DNA of 59,120 bases, the filler included. It is 8 parts of 8 records of this genome, joined end to end, with 100 filler letters (N's around TTAATTAATTAA, not from the genome) between each part and the next. Parts side by side here need not be neighbours in the genome. Positions count along the whole stretch, not along the records: positions 1 to 5,360 come from SRR31147125_167851; positions 5,461 to 18,360 come from SRR31147125_168015; 6 more parts are not named here. One strand, 5' to 3'. Positions 1-11,631 of this stretch are shown here, piece after piece. The notes under the pieces were generated by a model. The model searched no databases. It was given only the letters and a program-made list of their open reading frames with translations, and was not told the DNA's origin. The position numbers and the translations under genes were made by a program. Every line of letters starts with the position of its first letter. The stretch's first letter is position 1.

Positions 1-68
1 GGCCTTTTTCAGCCGCTGATTCTCGCTGATTGACCCTTGCTTCACCGACCATAAACAAATAACAGGAC

Positions 69-97
69 GGCCGGAAAGTAAATCCGGCCTCTTTTTT
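69..97 (+). terminator. Probable intrinsic terminator hairpin
   Basis: GGCCGGA (69-75) pairs with TCCGGCC (83-89), followed by TCTTTTTT. Confidence 0.55.
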
Positions 98-129
98 AAG
101 GCGTTCCCCTTCAGATTGACAATTCACCC

Positions 130-294
130 TCAGCTCTTCTTGCTGGTCTTCGCAAAGAAGGGTGTGTATTGCTGTACGACCGAGGTCCCCTTGCACTCCG
201 GGCAGATAACCCCCCCTTTGTCGTGTTCTTCCATGTGCATGGTGACCGAAAAAATCTTCCCACACGTCTCGCAACGGTACTCATAGATAGGCAT
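130..294 (-). CDS. FmdB-family zinc-ribbon protein (54 aa, below the ORF-track cutoff)
   Basis: Manual translation MPIYEYRCETCGKIF...VICPECKGTSVVQQYTPFFAKTSKKS shows the MPxYEYxC start and two CxxC pairs; GGAGG upstream. Confidence 0.85.
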   Translation of the reverse strand: MPIYEYRCETCGKIFSVTMHMEEHDKGGVICPECKGTSVVQQYTPFFAKTSKKS

Positions 295-478
295 GCCTGT
301 CATCCTCCCCGATGGTAACAGTGTCAGTTTCCTGAATATAAATTTAAAGAACCTTCGACGTTTGTCAACACGGAACCCGGAAGGCTTTGGGGCGGCACCC
401 TTCCGTACAACAGGATTTCAGTGAGAGCACGGTCTCAACATGGCCCTTCAAGACCTGGTTCCGTTTTTGGATAATGCC

Positions 479-1018
479 TCAGGGGACTTTCACGAATTCA
501 AAACGGTCCATCAGTTCGCGGCTCAAAAGAGACACACCGCAGCGGTCACCCACCGTTTCAATGGCCACAATGGCGTCCGGGTTGGCAAAGTCAACCGTTG
601 CGGCGGCCCCTTGTTCCAACAGTTTTTCCAGGATAAACGCGTCCAGAGACCGCTCCACCTCGGGCGAGATAATTTTTCCCTTGAGCCCGCGCCGTTCCAG
701 ACGGACGTAGAATCTCTTCCCCGGAAAGTGTTCAAGATAGGGTGTGACGGCCTCCCGAACCTTATCCGCAAAGTTATCCTGGCGGAAGACGAAAAAGCTG
801 TCGAATGGCACTATCCGGCTGATTTCCTGATAAAAAGGGTCCTTTTCAATTCCGCGCTTGTGGATGTCCTCCAGAAAATCGTTGAGGTTCGGGACCTGCC
901 CGAGAATGACCCCGAAAAACTCGCTCTTCTGAAACACCCCGTAGCTGGACAACTCTCTCAGCAGGTATCCAAAATGGGCCCCTTCCGCAATCGTGACCAG
1001 CAGGTTGCAGGTTTTCAT
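479..1018 (-). CDS. THUMP-domain RNA-binding protein
   Basis: 179-aa ORF with FYVRLERRG...VDFANPDAIVAIETVG, typical of THUMP. Confidence 0.75.
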   Translation of the reverse strand: MKTCNLLVTIAEGAHFGYLLRELSSYGVFQKSEFFGVILGQVPNLNDFLEDIHKRGIEKDPFYQEISRIVPFDSFFVFRQDNFADKVREAVTPYLEHFPGKRFYVRLERRGLKGKIISPEVERSLDAFILEKLLEQGAAATVDFANPDAIVAIETVGDRCGVSLLSRELMDRFEFVKVP

Positions 1019-1344
1019 GTCTTTAAGTTTAGCGTAAACAGAGCTTTTTTGGGGAGAGGGGGATTGGAAAACCGTTCAGTCTTCCATCTATCGACTGGGT
1101 TTTAATGGCTGCTTTCCCTTCAGTCTTCAGCCTTCGGTCTATTCACCTGATTTAATACCCGCTTTTTCTTGATTGATCGGAACAACAGGAGTACCCTATG
1201 AAAGATTTAATGTAGGGGGATGAAAAGATGATGCACAGCCAAAATGGATTTTTTCCGAACCGCTATAAATGGAACTTACCAGATAGCGGTTTTTTTGTAC
1301 CTTAAATCATCCTCGTTTTCATTATTTGAGGAATTATTGGAATT

Positions 1345-2903
1345 ATGACCAACGGACAAAAAAAGAAGCTGGAACAGCAACTTTGGAATATTGCCGATTC
1401 GTTGCGTGGCAAGATGCACGCAGACGAGTTTCGCGACTATTGCCTTGGGTTTATTTTTTACAAGTACCTTTCCGAGAAGATGCACCGCTACGCCAACAAC
1501 ATCCTGAAAGAGGATGGGATAGACTTTCTCGACATTGACGAAGGTTCGGCTGACGGTCAGGAGATGCTCGCAGCCTTACAGGAAGAAGCCGTTGCTCAAC
1601 TCGGATACTTTCTCAAGCCTGAAGAACTCTTCAGCACCCTCGCCAAGCGGGGAAGCGACCCGGAGCAGTTTATTCTCGACGATCTCACTGCTGTGCTGCG
1701 GAGTATTGAGCGCTCGACCCTGGGGACCGAAAGCGAGGACGATTTTGAAGGTCTATTTGATGATCTCGATCTGACCTCGACCAAGCTGGGGCGGACCGAG
1801 AAGGCGAAGAACGCGCTGATCGCCAAGATTCTGACCCATCTTAACAAGATCGATTTCCGTCTCGATGAGACCGACGCGGACGTCCTCGGCGATGCCTACG
1901 AATATCTGATCGGTCAGTTTGCCAGCGGAGCGGGGAAAAGGCCGGGGAGTTCTACACGCCCCGCGAAGTTTCGACCATTCTTGCCAAGATCGTTACTACC
2001 GGCAAAGATCGCCTCCAATCGGTCTACGACCCCACCTGCGGTTCCGGTTCGCTGCTGTTGCGCGTGGCGCGTGAAGTGGAGGAGGTCGCCGACTACTACG
2101 GCCAGGAGATGAACCGCACCACCTTCAACCTGGCGCGGATGAACATGATTCTGCACGATGTTCACTTCCGCAACTTCGATATCAAGCAGGAAGACACCCT
2201 GGAACATCCGCAGCACAAGGATCTGCGTTTCGAGGCCGTGGTCGCCAATCCGCCGTTTTCGGCCAAGTGGAGCGCCAACCCCATTCACCTGAGCGATGAC
2301 CGTTTCAGTCAGTACGGCAGGCTGGCGCCGTCATCCAAGGCCGATTTCGCCTTTGTGCAGCATATGCTCTATCAGCTTGATGAGAGCGGCACCATGGCCG
2401 TGGTACTTCCCCATGGTGTGCTGTTTCGCGGCGCGGCCGAAGGGCATATCCGCAAATATCTGATTGCCGAACAAAACTGGCTCGATGCGGTCATCGGCCT
2501 GCCCGCCAACATCTTCTACGGCACCTCGATTCCGACCTGCGTGCTGGTCTTCAAAAAATGCCGGCAGCAGCCGGAGGATATACTCTTTATCGATGCCAGC
2601 GCCCATTTTGAAAAGGCCAAAAACCAGAACCTTCTGCGGGTTGAGGATATCGGCAAGATTGTCACCACCTACCGTCAACGTCTGGTAGAGGACAAATACA
2701 GCTACCGCGCCTCTCTCGCCGAAATTGAAGAGAACGACTACAATCTCAATATCCCGCGTTATGTTGACACCTTTGAGGCAGAGGAGCCGGTTGATCTGGC
2801 GGCGGTGACGGCGGAGTTGAAGGAGCTGGAAGCCGGGATGGGCGACATCGACGAGAAGATTCGCGGGTTTTGTGACAAGCTTGGAATTGAGGCGCCGGTG
2901 TGA
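1345..2903 (+). CDS. hsdM: Type I restriction-modification methyltransferase subunit (one-base frameshift near 1936-1939, probable sequencing error)
   Basis: LWNIADSLRG N-terminus, GDAYEYLIGQFASGAGK[K]AGEFYTP, YDPTCGSGSLL, ANPPFS; adding one A in the A-run joins ORFs 1345-2112 and 2058-2903. Confidence 0.93.
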
Positions 2904-4048
2904 TGGTTGCGGTGGAGAAAGGACATCTTCCGGAGTTGCGGTTTCCTGGGTTTAAAGGTGATTGGAGGGAAGGCAAGATTATTGAATTTTGTCCTTTGCA
3001 AAGAGGTTTTGATTTACCCGTAAGTAGCATTATCAGTGGCAAATACCCAGTTGTTTTTTCGAATGGAATCCTTAAAACGCACAATGAATATAAAGCAATA
3101 GCTCCAGGGGTAGTAACCGGGCGTTCTGGCACTATAGGCAAGGTTACATTCGTTGAAGAAAATTATTGGCCGCACAATACATCATTATGGGTAACTGACT
3201 TTAAAGATAACGACCCAAAATTTATTTACTTTTTCTTATTAAGGTTGGATTTAACTAAATTTAGTACTGGTTCCGGTGTCCCAACTTTAAATAGAAATGA
3301 TGTTCACGTATTCAAGACTCTGATTCCAAAAACAAAGTGCGAACAACAAAAAATCGCTGCCTTTTTGGGTGCGGTTGATGACAAGCTGACGGCTTTGCGG
3401 CGCAAACGCGAACTGCTGCAAGACTACAAGCGCGGCATGATGCAAAAAATCTTTTCCCGGGAACTGCGCTTTAAACGTGACGACGGTTCTGATTTCCCTG
3501 ATTGGGAGGAGAAGACAGTTGGCGATTTTATGGCAGAAAGCACCGAAAAGGGGTCTAAAGGTGATGGTGCAAAAAAAATTACCGTAAAATTATGGGGAAA
3601 AGGGGTTTTTGCTAAAGAAGAAAAGATGCAAGGTAGTGTAAACACACAATATTATAGAAGAAGATCTGGGCAGTTCATTTACAGTAAGCTGGATTTTCTT
3701 AATTGTGCTTTTGGCATTATCCCAGATTATCTTGATGGCTTTGAGACGACAGTGGATTTGCCGTGTTTTGATATCGAAGACGGGATTAATAGAACTTTTA
3801 TTCTTGAATATATCAAACAGAAGTCCTTTTACAAAAAGTATGGGGAAACAGCCGATGGTTCGAGAAAGGCAAAAAGAATTCATGCAAATATTTTTCTTCG
3901 CTTTCCTGTGAATCTCCCATGCATCGCTGAACAACAAAAAATCGCCGATTTCCTTTCAGCCATTGACGCCAAAATCGAAGCCGTTGCCAAACAAATCGAA
4001 AAGGTCGAAACATTCAAAAAAGGCCTGCTCCAAAAGATGTTTGTATAA
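2900..4048 (+). CDS. hsdS: Type I RM specificity subunit
   Basis: PELRFPGF start, two TRDs, two EQQKIA conserved helices, ends KKGLLQKMFV; start overlaps the hsdM stop (GTGA). Confidence 0.95.
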   Translation: MMVAVEKGHLPELRFPGFKGDWREGKIIEFCPLQRGFDLPVSSIISGKYPVVFSNGILKTHNEYKAIAPGVVTGRSGTIGKVTFVEENYWPHNTSLWVTDFKDNDPKFIYFFLLRLDLTKFSTGSGVPTLNRNDVHVFKTLIPKTKCEQQKIAAFLGAVDDKLTALRRKRELLQDYKRGMMQKIFSRELRFKRDDGSDFPDWEEKTVGDFMAESTEKGSKGDGAKKITVKLWGKGVFAKEEKMQGSVNTQYYRRRSGQFIYSKLDFLNCAFGIIPDYLDGFETTVDLPCFDIEDGINRTFILEYIKQKSFYKKYGETADGSRKAKRIHANIFLRFPVNLPCIAEQQKIADFLSAIDAKIEAVAKQIEKVETFKKGLLQKMFV

Positions 4049-4116
4049 AGCAATGGTGAATGGTAAATTACTGAATTGTGAATAGAAATTCGATCTTCAT
4101 TGAGGGAATTTTTGTC

Positions 4117-4536
4117 ATGACTCAAGACGTTCGCTGGAAACAAAGATTCGACAGCTGGACTAAAGCCATGGAGCGGTTGCATCGATTCATGGCGCTTGAA
4201 AAGATGGACGAGTTTCAGGAGCAGGGCCTGATTCAATGCTTTGAATACAATCATGAATTGGCCTGGAAGACCCAGAAAGATTTTCTCGTGGCCCAGGGTG
4301 CTCAGGATCTTTACGGTTCGAAAAATGTTGCCCAGCAGGCCTTTGCCACCGGTCTGATCGAAGATGGTGAGGTCTGGATCGATATGATCAAGAGCCGCAA
4401 CCTGTCGGTTCATACCTATAACGAAGAGACCAAGAACGAAATTATCACCGCCATTATCGAAAAATATTTCGCCGCCTTCTGTAAACTGCACAAAAAATTA
4501 ACCGCGCTGGCAAATCAATATCCGGATGAAGGCTGA
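4117..4536 (+). CDS. HEPN-family nucleotidyltransferase substrate-binding protein (HI0074 type), putative RNase toxin
   Basis: DVRWKQRF, GLIQCFEYNHELAWKT and the Rx4HxY motif RNLSVHTY; GAGGGA RBS before ATG 4117. Confidence 0.9.
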   Translation: MTQDVRWKQRFDSWTKAMERLHRFMALEKMDEFQEQGLIQCFEYNHELAWKTQKDFLVAQGAQDLYGSKNVAQQAFATGLIEDGEVWIDMIKSRNLSVHTYNEETKNEIITAIIEKYFAAFCKLHKKLTALANQYPDEG

Positions 4537-5360
4537 CGATCTACAGTTCGGTCTCAAGGCCGATGTCATCGACAAGGTACGAGCGGCTCTGGCCGGATTC
4601 GAGCAGATTCGTTCGGCGACATTGTACGGCTCGCGTGCCAAAGGAAACTTTAAACCCGGCTCGGATATCGATCTGACGTTGACTACCGAAGGGGATCTGC
4701 CGCCATCGTTTCTTAATCGTGTCGCCATGGCCCTTGATGATCTCGACCTGATTTACACCTTTGATGTTTCGCTCCTGGATCAGATCGACAACGAAAACCT
4801 TCGCGACCATATCGAGCGGGTCGGGGTTGAATTCTACAACGCCGGGGAATACGCCCGGTGCCGGGAGGCCCGCAAAAAAGCGCAGTCTTACGTCCGGGAA
4901 GCCCATCAGTCCGAGGCCCAGCTGGAGGAAAACCTCATCAGGCGGCTGCAGGGACTCGGATACGAACGTGTCACCATCGCCGACAGCGACGAGCTGCGAT
5001 CCAATCTCAAGCGGCAACTGGAAAAACACAACAAGGTCAGCCTCTCCGATGGTGAATTCAACCGGGTGCTCAACCACCTCGACAAGGGAAGTGTGTTCGA
5101 GCGCTCCAAAACCCTGCGCGACCGCATGCACCTGACCCGTGACGACGGATCATCCCTCTATCTGCAATTCCTCAATACCGAACACTGGTGCCGGAACGAA
5201 TACCAGGTCACCAACCAGGTTTCGCAGACGGGAAGCTATCTCAACCGCTATGATGTGACCCTGCTCGTCAACGGCCTGCCGCTGGTGCAGATCGAACTGA
5301 AGCGGCGGGGGATGGAGCTGAAAGAGGCGTTTAATCAGATCAACCGCTATCAGCGGCACT
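4526..5360 (+). CDS. hsdR: MNT minimal nucleotidyltransferase fused in frame to the N-terminus of type I restriction subunit R (3' truncated by the contig end)
   Basis: aa 1-103 MNT (LYGSRAKGNFKPGSDID = GSx10DxD; LRDHIERVGVEFY), then a linker, then HQSEAQLEENLI...RYDVTLLVNGLPLVQIELKRRG, characteristic of HsdR. Confidence 0.88.
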
Positions 5361-5460
5361 NNNNNNNNNNNNNNNNNNNNNNNNNNNNNNNNNNNNNNNN
5401 NNNNTTAATTAATTAANNNNNNNNNNNNNNNNNNNNNNNNNNNNNNNNNNNNNNNNNNNN
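5361..5460. other. Artificial contig linker (N44-TTAATTAATTAA-N44); identical linkers at 18361-18460, 26286-26385, 31588-31687, 40485-40584, 45826-45925 and 51713-51812
   Basis: Identical six-frame-stop spacer seven times, with abrupt changes in gene content and composition across each. Confidence 0.99.
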
Positions 5461-7688
5461 ACAAACCCATGAGTTCTTCAAACATTGCATCGACATTTTC
5501 ATCTGCATCCAGGAAGTCATCCTGTTGTGGACAATGAGTCGTGTACTGCAAAAAGCGAAGCAGGGACGTACCCATACAACAGACATACGCTTCTGGAGGC
5601 GTGCTCCCCAATCCACCTCTGCAAGATTGATTGAGTGGATGGGCATGTGAGGAGGAACGACACGAAAACGCACCTGCATTATTCGTCGCTAGTTCATCAT
5701 AACTCTCTTGTTGACACGTTTCCATGTACTTTTTCAACTGAGCGGTAGCCACAGATCCGAGCATGTCGGCGTGCCTTGGGGGTGTCAGGCGTTCGTACAC
5801 TCGATGGAGAAACAGAGAATCTATGCACTTTGAGAGTTGTCGAACACCTTCATTGCCAGACGTGCGGTCACGCGGAGTCACAAGTGTTTCCACAAGATCA
5901 CAAGCATCTCCATCGTTGGGTTCAGGTTCATCTTTTCGGTTGGCCATACCCTCGTCGTCCTGGTCCCCGACACACATCAGAACTACACACATCAGAACCA
6001 CACACACATACCAACTCATCTCCCTCTTGTTCCTGTTTGGAGAGGGGATAGGACTTGCCTCGTCCCTTCTCCCTTGTTCTGCGAGCGGCTCGCGGAGCCC
6101 CACCTCGTCGCATCCATGAGCGTTTGAATGTCTTGGCACCCTCAATATCCAAATCTTCTTCAGGCTCTCCCTTTAACAAGCTTCGCAATTTCCCTTGCCA
6201 ATTCGTGTTGCTCGTGTTCTGATGGTTCCGTGTCAAAGACTATGCCCAAGACAAGCAGCGCCTGCCATACCGTCATCTTCTTGCGGGCCGCTCGCACCCA
6301 CGGATGCTGCCTAAGTTTGGTTGCCGATGCACGTAGATTCGGATCCTTCTGAAAGCATTCAATCAAGAAGTCGCGACACGCCTGTATCATCACACCACGA
6401 TCAGAAACAAAGGAGACGGTATCCTTACGGAATCCTACAAACCGGCGATATGTCATCAGGCAGTGGCGGATGATCGTCTTGTACAATACGAAACAGGGCA
6501 GGCATAGGAAGCAAGTCATAATAGGGGGGATGCCTGTCTGAAGTTCAATAATTGTACAACCGACACTCCTGTGCCGATAGGGCGGTGAGGAGACAAAGAA
6601 GGAGGCACAGCGACAAACCAGATATCGGAGGCAGTACTCTGACTTGACATTTCAATCACCTCCGGGGCCACTAGCACAATGTGAGGATCACACACATCAA
6701 ATCACAAATCACGAATCGCATACTCCAGTAGGGAGTTCCTACAACGGAGGCATCTCCATTCTTCTCCTCTTCAAGCTTCGCGGATACACCGAAATCCGCT
6801 AGCTTGATGAGACCATCTTTCGTAGTCAACAAGTTAGCACCCTTTAAGGTGGGATGGACAAGTAAGGAACACGAACGGCGAGAAGGAGCGGGGAAGAAAT
6901 CGGACCTTAACGTCTCGGTGGACCACACCCTGCTCGTGAAGATACACAAGACCATCAAGGACTTGTGCAATGTACCTTGAGGAAAACGTGAAAAGGGTGT
7001 TCGCGTGTCATCGATGACGTACATGGAAACAAGTGATTCATTGAGTGGACCGAATTTCTTCAAGATGTGTGCCAGGGAGCCAGATTCCACGTACTCCAGG
7101 GCAATGAAGAAATGATCGGCCGTCTCACCCCTGTGATGCAACAATGAGGAGAATGGAAGACAAGACACGTCTCAACGACACACGAATCAATGTACTTGAC
7201 GATGTTTGGATGGTCAAGCATCCGCAACAACCCAATCTCCGCCTGAAAGGAAAGGTTCACGCCAATGATCATCCCTCTTGTCTCCTGGGGATATATCACA
7301 CCTTAATAGCATCGAGTTGGTCTTGGCGTATGTCATTGAGGGAGATTTGCTTGACGGCCACAAAATCCCCAGTCTCAGTGTTCAAACCTTTGTACACTTT
7401 CGCAAATCCTCCTTTCCCAATAACCTCCCCGAGTTGCTAGAGGGTGCGAAAGGGTGTGTGAGCGGGGAAGAAGGAGTACGCGCTCAAATAGCTCACGACA
7501 CGACTTCTTCCTCTCCCTCTTCTCTCATCATGGGATCACAACGGACACCATACGTAGCGTGTCACACCCCACGCCCACCCCACGGGATGGTTTGAATACA
7601 CGAGACTCCAACCGACCGACCGACCAACCGCGGCACGCACAAACTTCCCCGCGACTTTTGTCCCCTCCTCCTTCTTATCCATCGACAT
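5461..7688 (-). CDS. Eukaryotic multi-exon STE-group Ser/Thr kinase, Cdc15/SepH/MAP3K-epsilon-like (3' truncated)
   Basis: Spliced exons give [106 protein letters not shown] introns. Confidence 0.88.
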
Positions 7689-8089
7689 CCTGTGCGCGTC
7701 AAACGGACAGGACGCTTTCTTTCTGTCCCGGCATGCACCACACGCAGGCACACAGTCGTACACGTAGACAGAACGGTGTCACTGCGTGACACACACAGAC
7801 CTCGAAACCAGAAGTACCAAGAAGGAAGTGAGGGGACGTTTCGCGTTTGAAGTTTGTTTGGATCCAATGGCAATGAGATTCACATTCAAGTTGGGAAGGT
7901 AGTGGATTGAATAATGTGATATGATTCAGAGAGACCTGGGGAGCCAATCCATCTAGTGATCCAATCCATCGAGTGATCCATCTCCATCTATCTCTGGAAT
8001 CAGTGGAAATTGGAACATTTGCTTGAGGGGCGTTCTTCCTTCCCCCTTCTCCTTCTCCATTCTCCTCTGTGTTCCGCCACGGGTCTGCG

Positions 8090-8891
8090 ATGCGGGGGGT
8101 GTTTGTGTTCCTCGCTGTACTCATGCTGGCGGTGTCTGTCGCCGCACGGGCGAGCACTCCCGTGCCCATGGACGAGGAAACGGAACAGTCTCTTCTCCAA
8201 CTGAAGGCTGAGAACAAGGGCCCCCACTCATCCCTCAACAAACTCACGAGCAAGATGCGCACAGAGGCAGCGTCCAGTGGCAACATCCTCAAGTCCCTGG
8301 AACGTGACCTGAAGAAGGAGGTGAAGAGCATCAAGGACTCCGTCAACGAGCTGGGCCGAGCGGACCCCGTTTCCAAGGGCCACTCGGAGAAGGCACGAGC
8401 AAAGGCTGAGATGAAATGGGACTGGGAGGGGGACGAGGACTTCGGTAGCGACCTCCCAGACCCCCGTAACGTGGCCAAGGGACGGTGTGAGATCTGCATC
8501 TTCGTGTTGGAAGAGAAGGAACAACACCGACACCCCCTCTGCTCCGCCCTGCGATCCAATCCCGTGTTCTACGGAACGGTGCGCTCTTCCCTCCCTCTCC
8601 CGTCTTCTCCCTCCCTCTTTCCCTCTCTCCCTCTCTCCCTCCTTCCTCCTCTCTTTGGTTCTTTCTCATTCGGACGTGGCCCCTCAGTGTGTGGGCGTTT
8701 TGGAGGCTATGCTGATGTACGATCGTTGGTACGTCTGGTGGATCTATGCCGGCTGCATCAAGCGCAATGGAGTGGGGCAACTCGAGAAGGTCAGGCCATG
8801 CCCAGCACACGCTGTGTGCTCGTGGATCTACAACCCAGAGGACAAGAGGACCTTCTGCCCACAAGACACCAACTATCACCCTGGCGTGTGA
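8090..8891 (+). CDS. Secreted Cys-rich protein with a saposin-like Cys pattern, one intron (8579-8687)
   Basis: Signal peptide MRGVFVFLAVLMLAVSVAARA; CEIC...LC...|CVGVL...GC...CPAHAVC...FC continues in frame after removing the GT-AG intron. Confidence 0.65.
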
Positions 8892-9044
8892 GGAGGGAGA
8901 CCGCGCAATCTACTGGGGGGGCCTAGGTTCTCATTCTGTCCATCACAATCACTACAGGCGTGCCCTTGTACTGACAACTCTTTTTCCTTGCCACCACGAC
9001 GAACCACATCAGACTGTCCTCTTTACGGCAGAAACACTGTCGCG

Positions 9045-11296
9045 TCACGTTTGCATGTATCGCATAATAGAGTGGAGTCCGTACAAGAGGCCCGCCTGTC
9101 TGCGTGCCTCAACAACCAGCAACGTGATATGCACCTTCTCGTAGGGCTGCACCTCGAATCCGAGGTTCGAGATGTCTGCATTCGTCACAAGTTCTGAATG
9201 ACACGCCACCTTCTTGATGAATTGCTTAATGGGGATGTTGAGAAGTAGATTCACCTGAAATCCGATGGTGACTGAGACGTGAGGCAAGGACACGGAACAA
9301 ACATTGCGATAGTCGTAGTCGTCGTGGAGCATCCCCATGAGACGGTGGACGTAATACCAGATCGCCTGACGAAGGGGTTTCGTATTGATGTTCCGACACT
9401 TGCTGAATCTACGCGCCGATCATCAGGCAGGACATGGGAAGGGGGGAGGGGAGTGTGGCTCCATACGCACGAGTGATCGGTCATGTTGTAGATAAGAGAA
9501 AACTCCTCGTCAAGAAGGGGGGCCGCGCCACGGTAGTAACGATTCACAAGAGAGTAGCCGTGATCGGACCACGAGTACTCGTTCACACGAAATATGTCGT
9601 ACTCCTTAGCGTGAACATCAAAGTCGACATGACGAAGGGGAAAGGCTCCCATGTAGTTGCGGGGATCGGAATGGACAGGGGAGGAACTACACACACAATG
9701 AGAACGGAACGTCCGATCTCTCTCTCCTGTTTCGTCTCACATTTCAGGAGTAGGGGGAGAGGGCAAGGAGGAACTGCTGAGGGAGAACTTGGAGTTAAAA
9801 TATGCTGCGGCTGGACACAATGTGAAGTGAGATGCATCGGTATGGTTCTCCGGTCTCAGCACATACTGTCCTCGGCCTTTTCAAACAACTGCTCTCTGTC
9901 TGGCTCCTCTCTCTCCTCCCCTGATTCTTCCTTCTCTTCTTGAGCTTTCTGCCGCAGAAGTTTGATCACAATCTCCGTATCTTTCCTCATAGCGGATGTA
10001 TCTGATACAACACACCATAGCCAGAAGTTACCACAAACAGCGAACGTGAACAAGTGTACCTTTTGGTGGGACATCGACGGGCGCACTCGGTTGGGACTCG
10101 AGAGGGTTTTCAAAGTCCACTTCCGAGGTAATGCCACACCCCCAGACCAAATCGCTCAGGGCATGAAAGGTGGACAGGATCACAAAGGCGTGGACCAACT
10201 CGCCGATCGACCACGAGTCCGCCCCCCGGACAAGTCCCTGATCTCACGGTGGGAAAACCGTGGCACAATACAAGAGAGTGCACCTCAATGTGTTCTCGCG
10301 TCATGAGCCACGGTTGGTGCGCAAGGACGGCATTGACCTGAAGTAGATTCGCGAGTTTTTTCGGTACGGCATCCATGCCTCCCAGCCACTCCTGAGGGCC
10401 ATCGGCCTCCAGAAACAGACGCTCATGAAGCCACACAAGATAATGACAGCGATGACGACTGGCAGCCTGAGACGTGTGGGGTCCATTCACCAACGCACCG
10501 CAATCCCAAAATCCAATCACTAAACGTACCATAAGCGCCAGGAAATGACGCCAGATCACAGGCAGAGGACCGGTCTGTCGCATAATGAACTCATATGCTG
10601 TATGAAATACTCGAAGGAACGAGGGGTGCACGCTGCAGGAGTCCGTTATACCAAGGATCTACCACCACCACCATCACCACCCTTGCCCTTCACAAACCCC
10701 ATCACCACCATATAGTGGGGAACACGTCCCCATATAAGAAAGATCTCTTCCATGAGTTGACCGACCATGGCTTGTGTGTTATCAAGAGAGGGAACAGTTT
10801 CTCGTGGGAAAAAGGTAGAGGGACCAGCAGATGGCTTGGGAATGACAATCCCAAGCTCCTACACCGACCGTCACCAGAGAGCCCCATCCCATCCCATCCC
10901 ATCCCATCAGGGAACACACCTCCCGTGCCCACAGAAGGAAATCCGAAAAGCGTTGCCTTACATCACGGAAGGGACTCTCTGTTGCCAAGAGCAGCATTGT
11001 TCGTACGTAGTGATTGATCAACCGTACCCCCCGATCCACCTCTTGATTCACGGACACCTTAGGGATAGATGGGTAGCGAACGCAGGGGTCCTCGCCCACT
11101 CGCACACTTTGAATTGTTTAAAAATCCTCTCGCACTCCATGGCACGAACGGGTTCATCTGGCACCAGAATGGGATAGAAGAGTTTGCCTGGAGTGTTATC
11201 AAGGCTGTGTCCCCCGTTGTCATTACAACCGTCATCGCCGTCTCCTCGTCTCCTCTCCTCTCCTGTCGTCTCTCCTGTCCTGTCTCTCTCCCCCAT
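9045..11296 (-). CDS. SESN: Sestrin (multi-exon; start approximate)
   Basis: GPLPVIWRHFLALM|AASRHRCHYLV, PKKLANL...LAHQPWL, WSIGELVHA, YSWSDHGYSLVNRYY, HDDYDY, EKVHITLLVVEARRQAGLLYGL. Confidence 0.9.
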
Positions 11297-11631
11297 GAAA
11301 AAGGCTCACAATGCACCTTAGAAACATAGACGGAATCGGGGAGGAGGGGCCGTCGTACGACTTGGGGGCACCCACTGGGGAAGAGGGATGGGGTTTACGT
11401 GGGGAGTGGAGTCTGCCACGTCACCACACCACACAAACAATGCACACACCTGCAGGTCTTTGCTCGGGACACGTGTCGTCGGAGTCCCTCTCGACGGTGG
11501 CCATTCCCAGGACCCCCTCTTCTTTCACACGGGGAAGCGACACAAGACGACCCAACCGTAGCGTACTGTGCTGCGTCTACGCGCCCCTCACCGCCTAACG
11601 AAACTGAAGGGCTGGCGGTCGACTAGGGATT

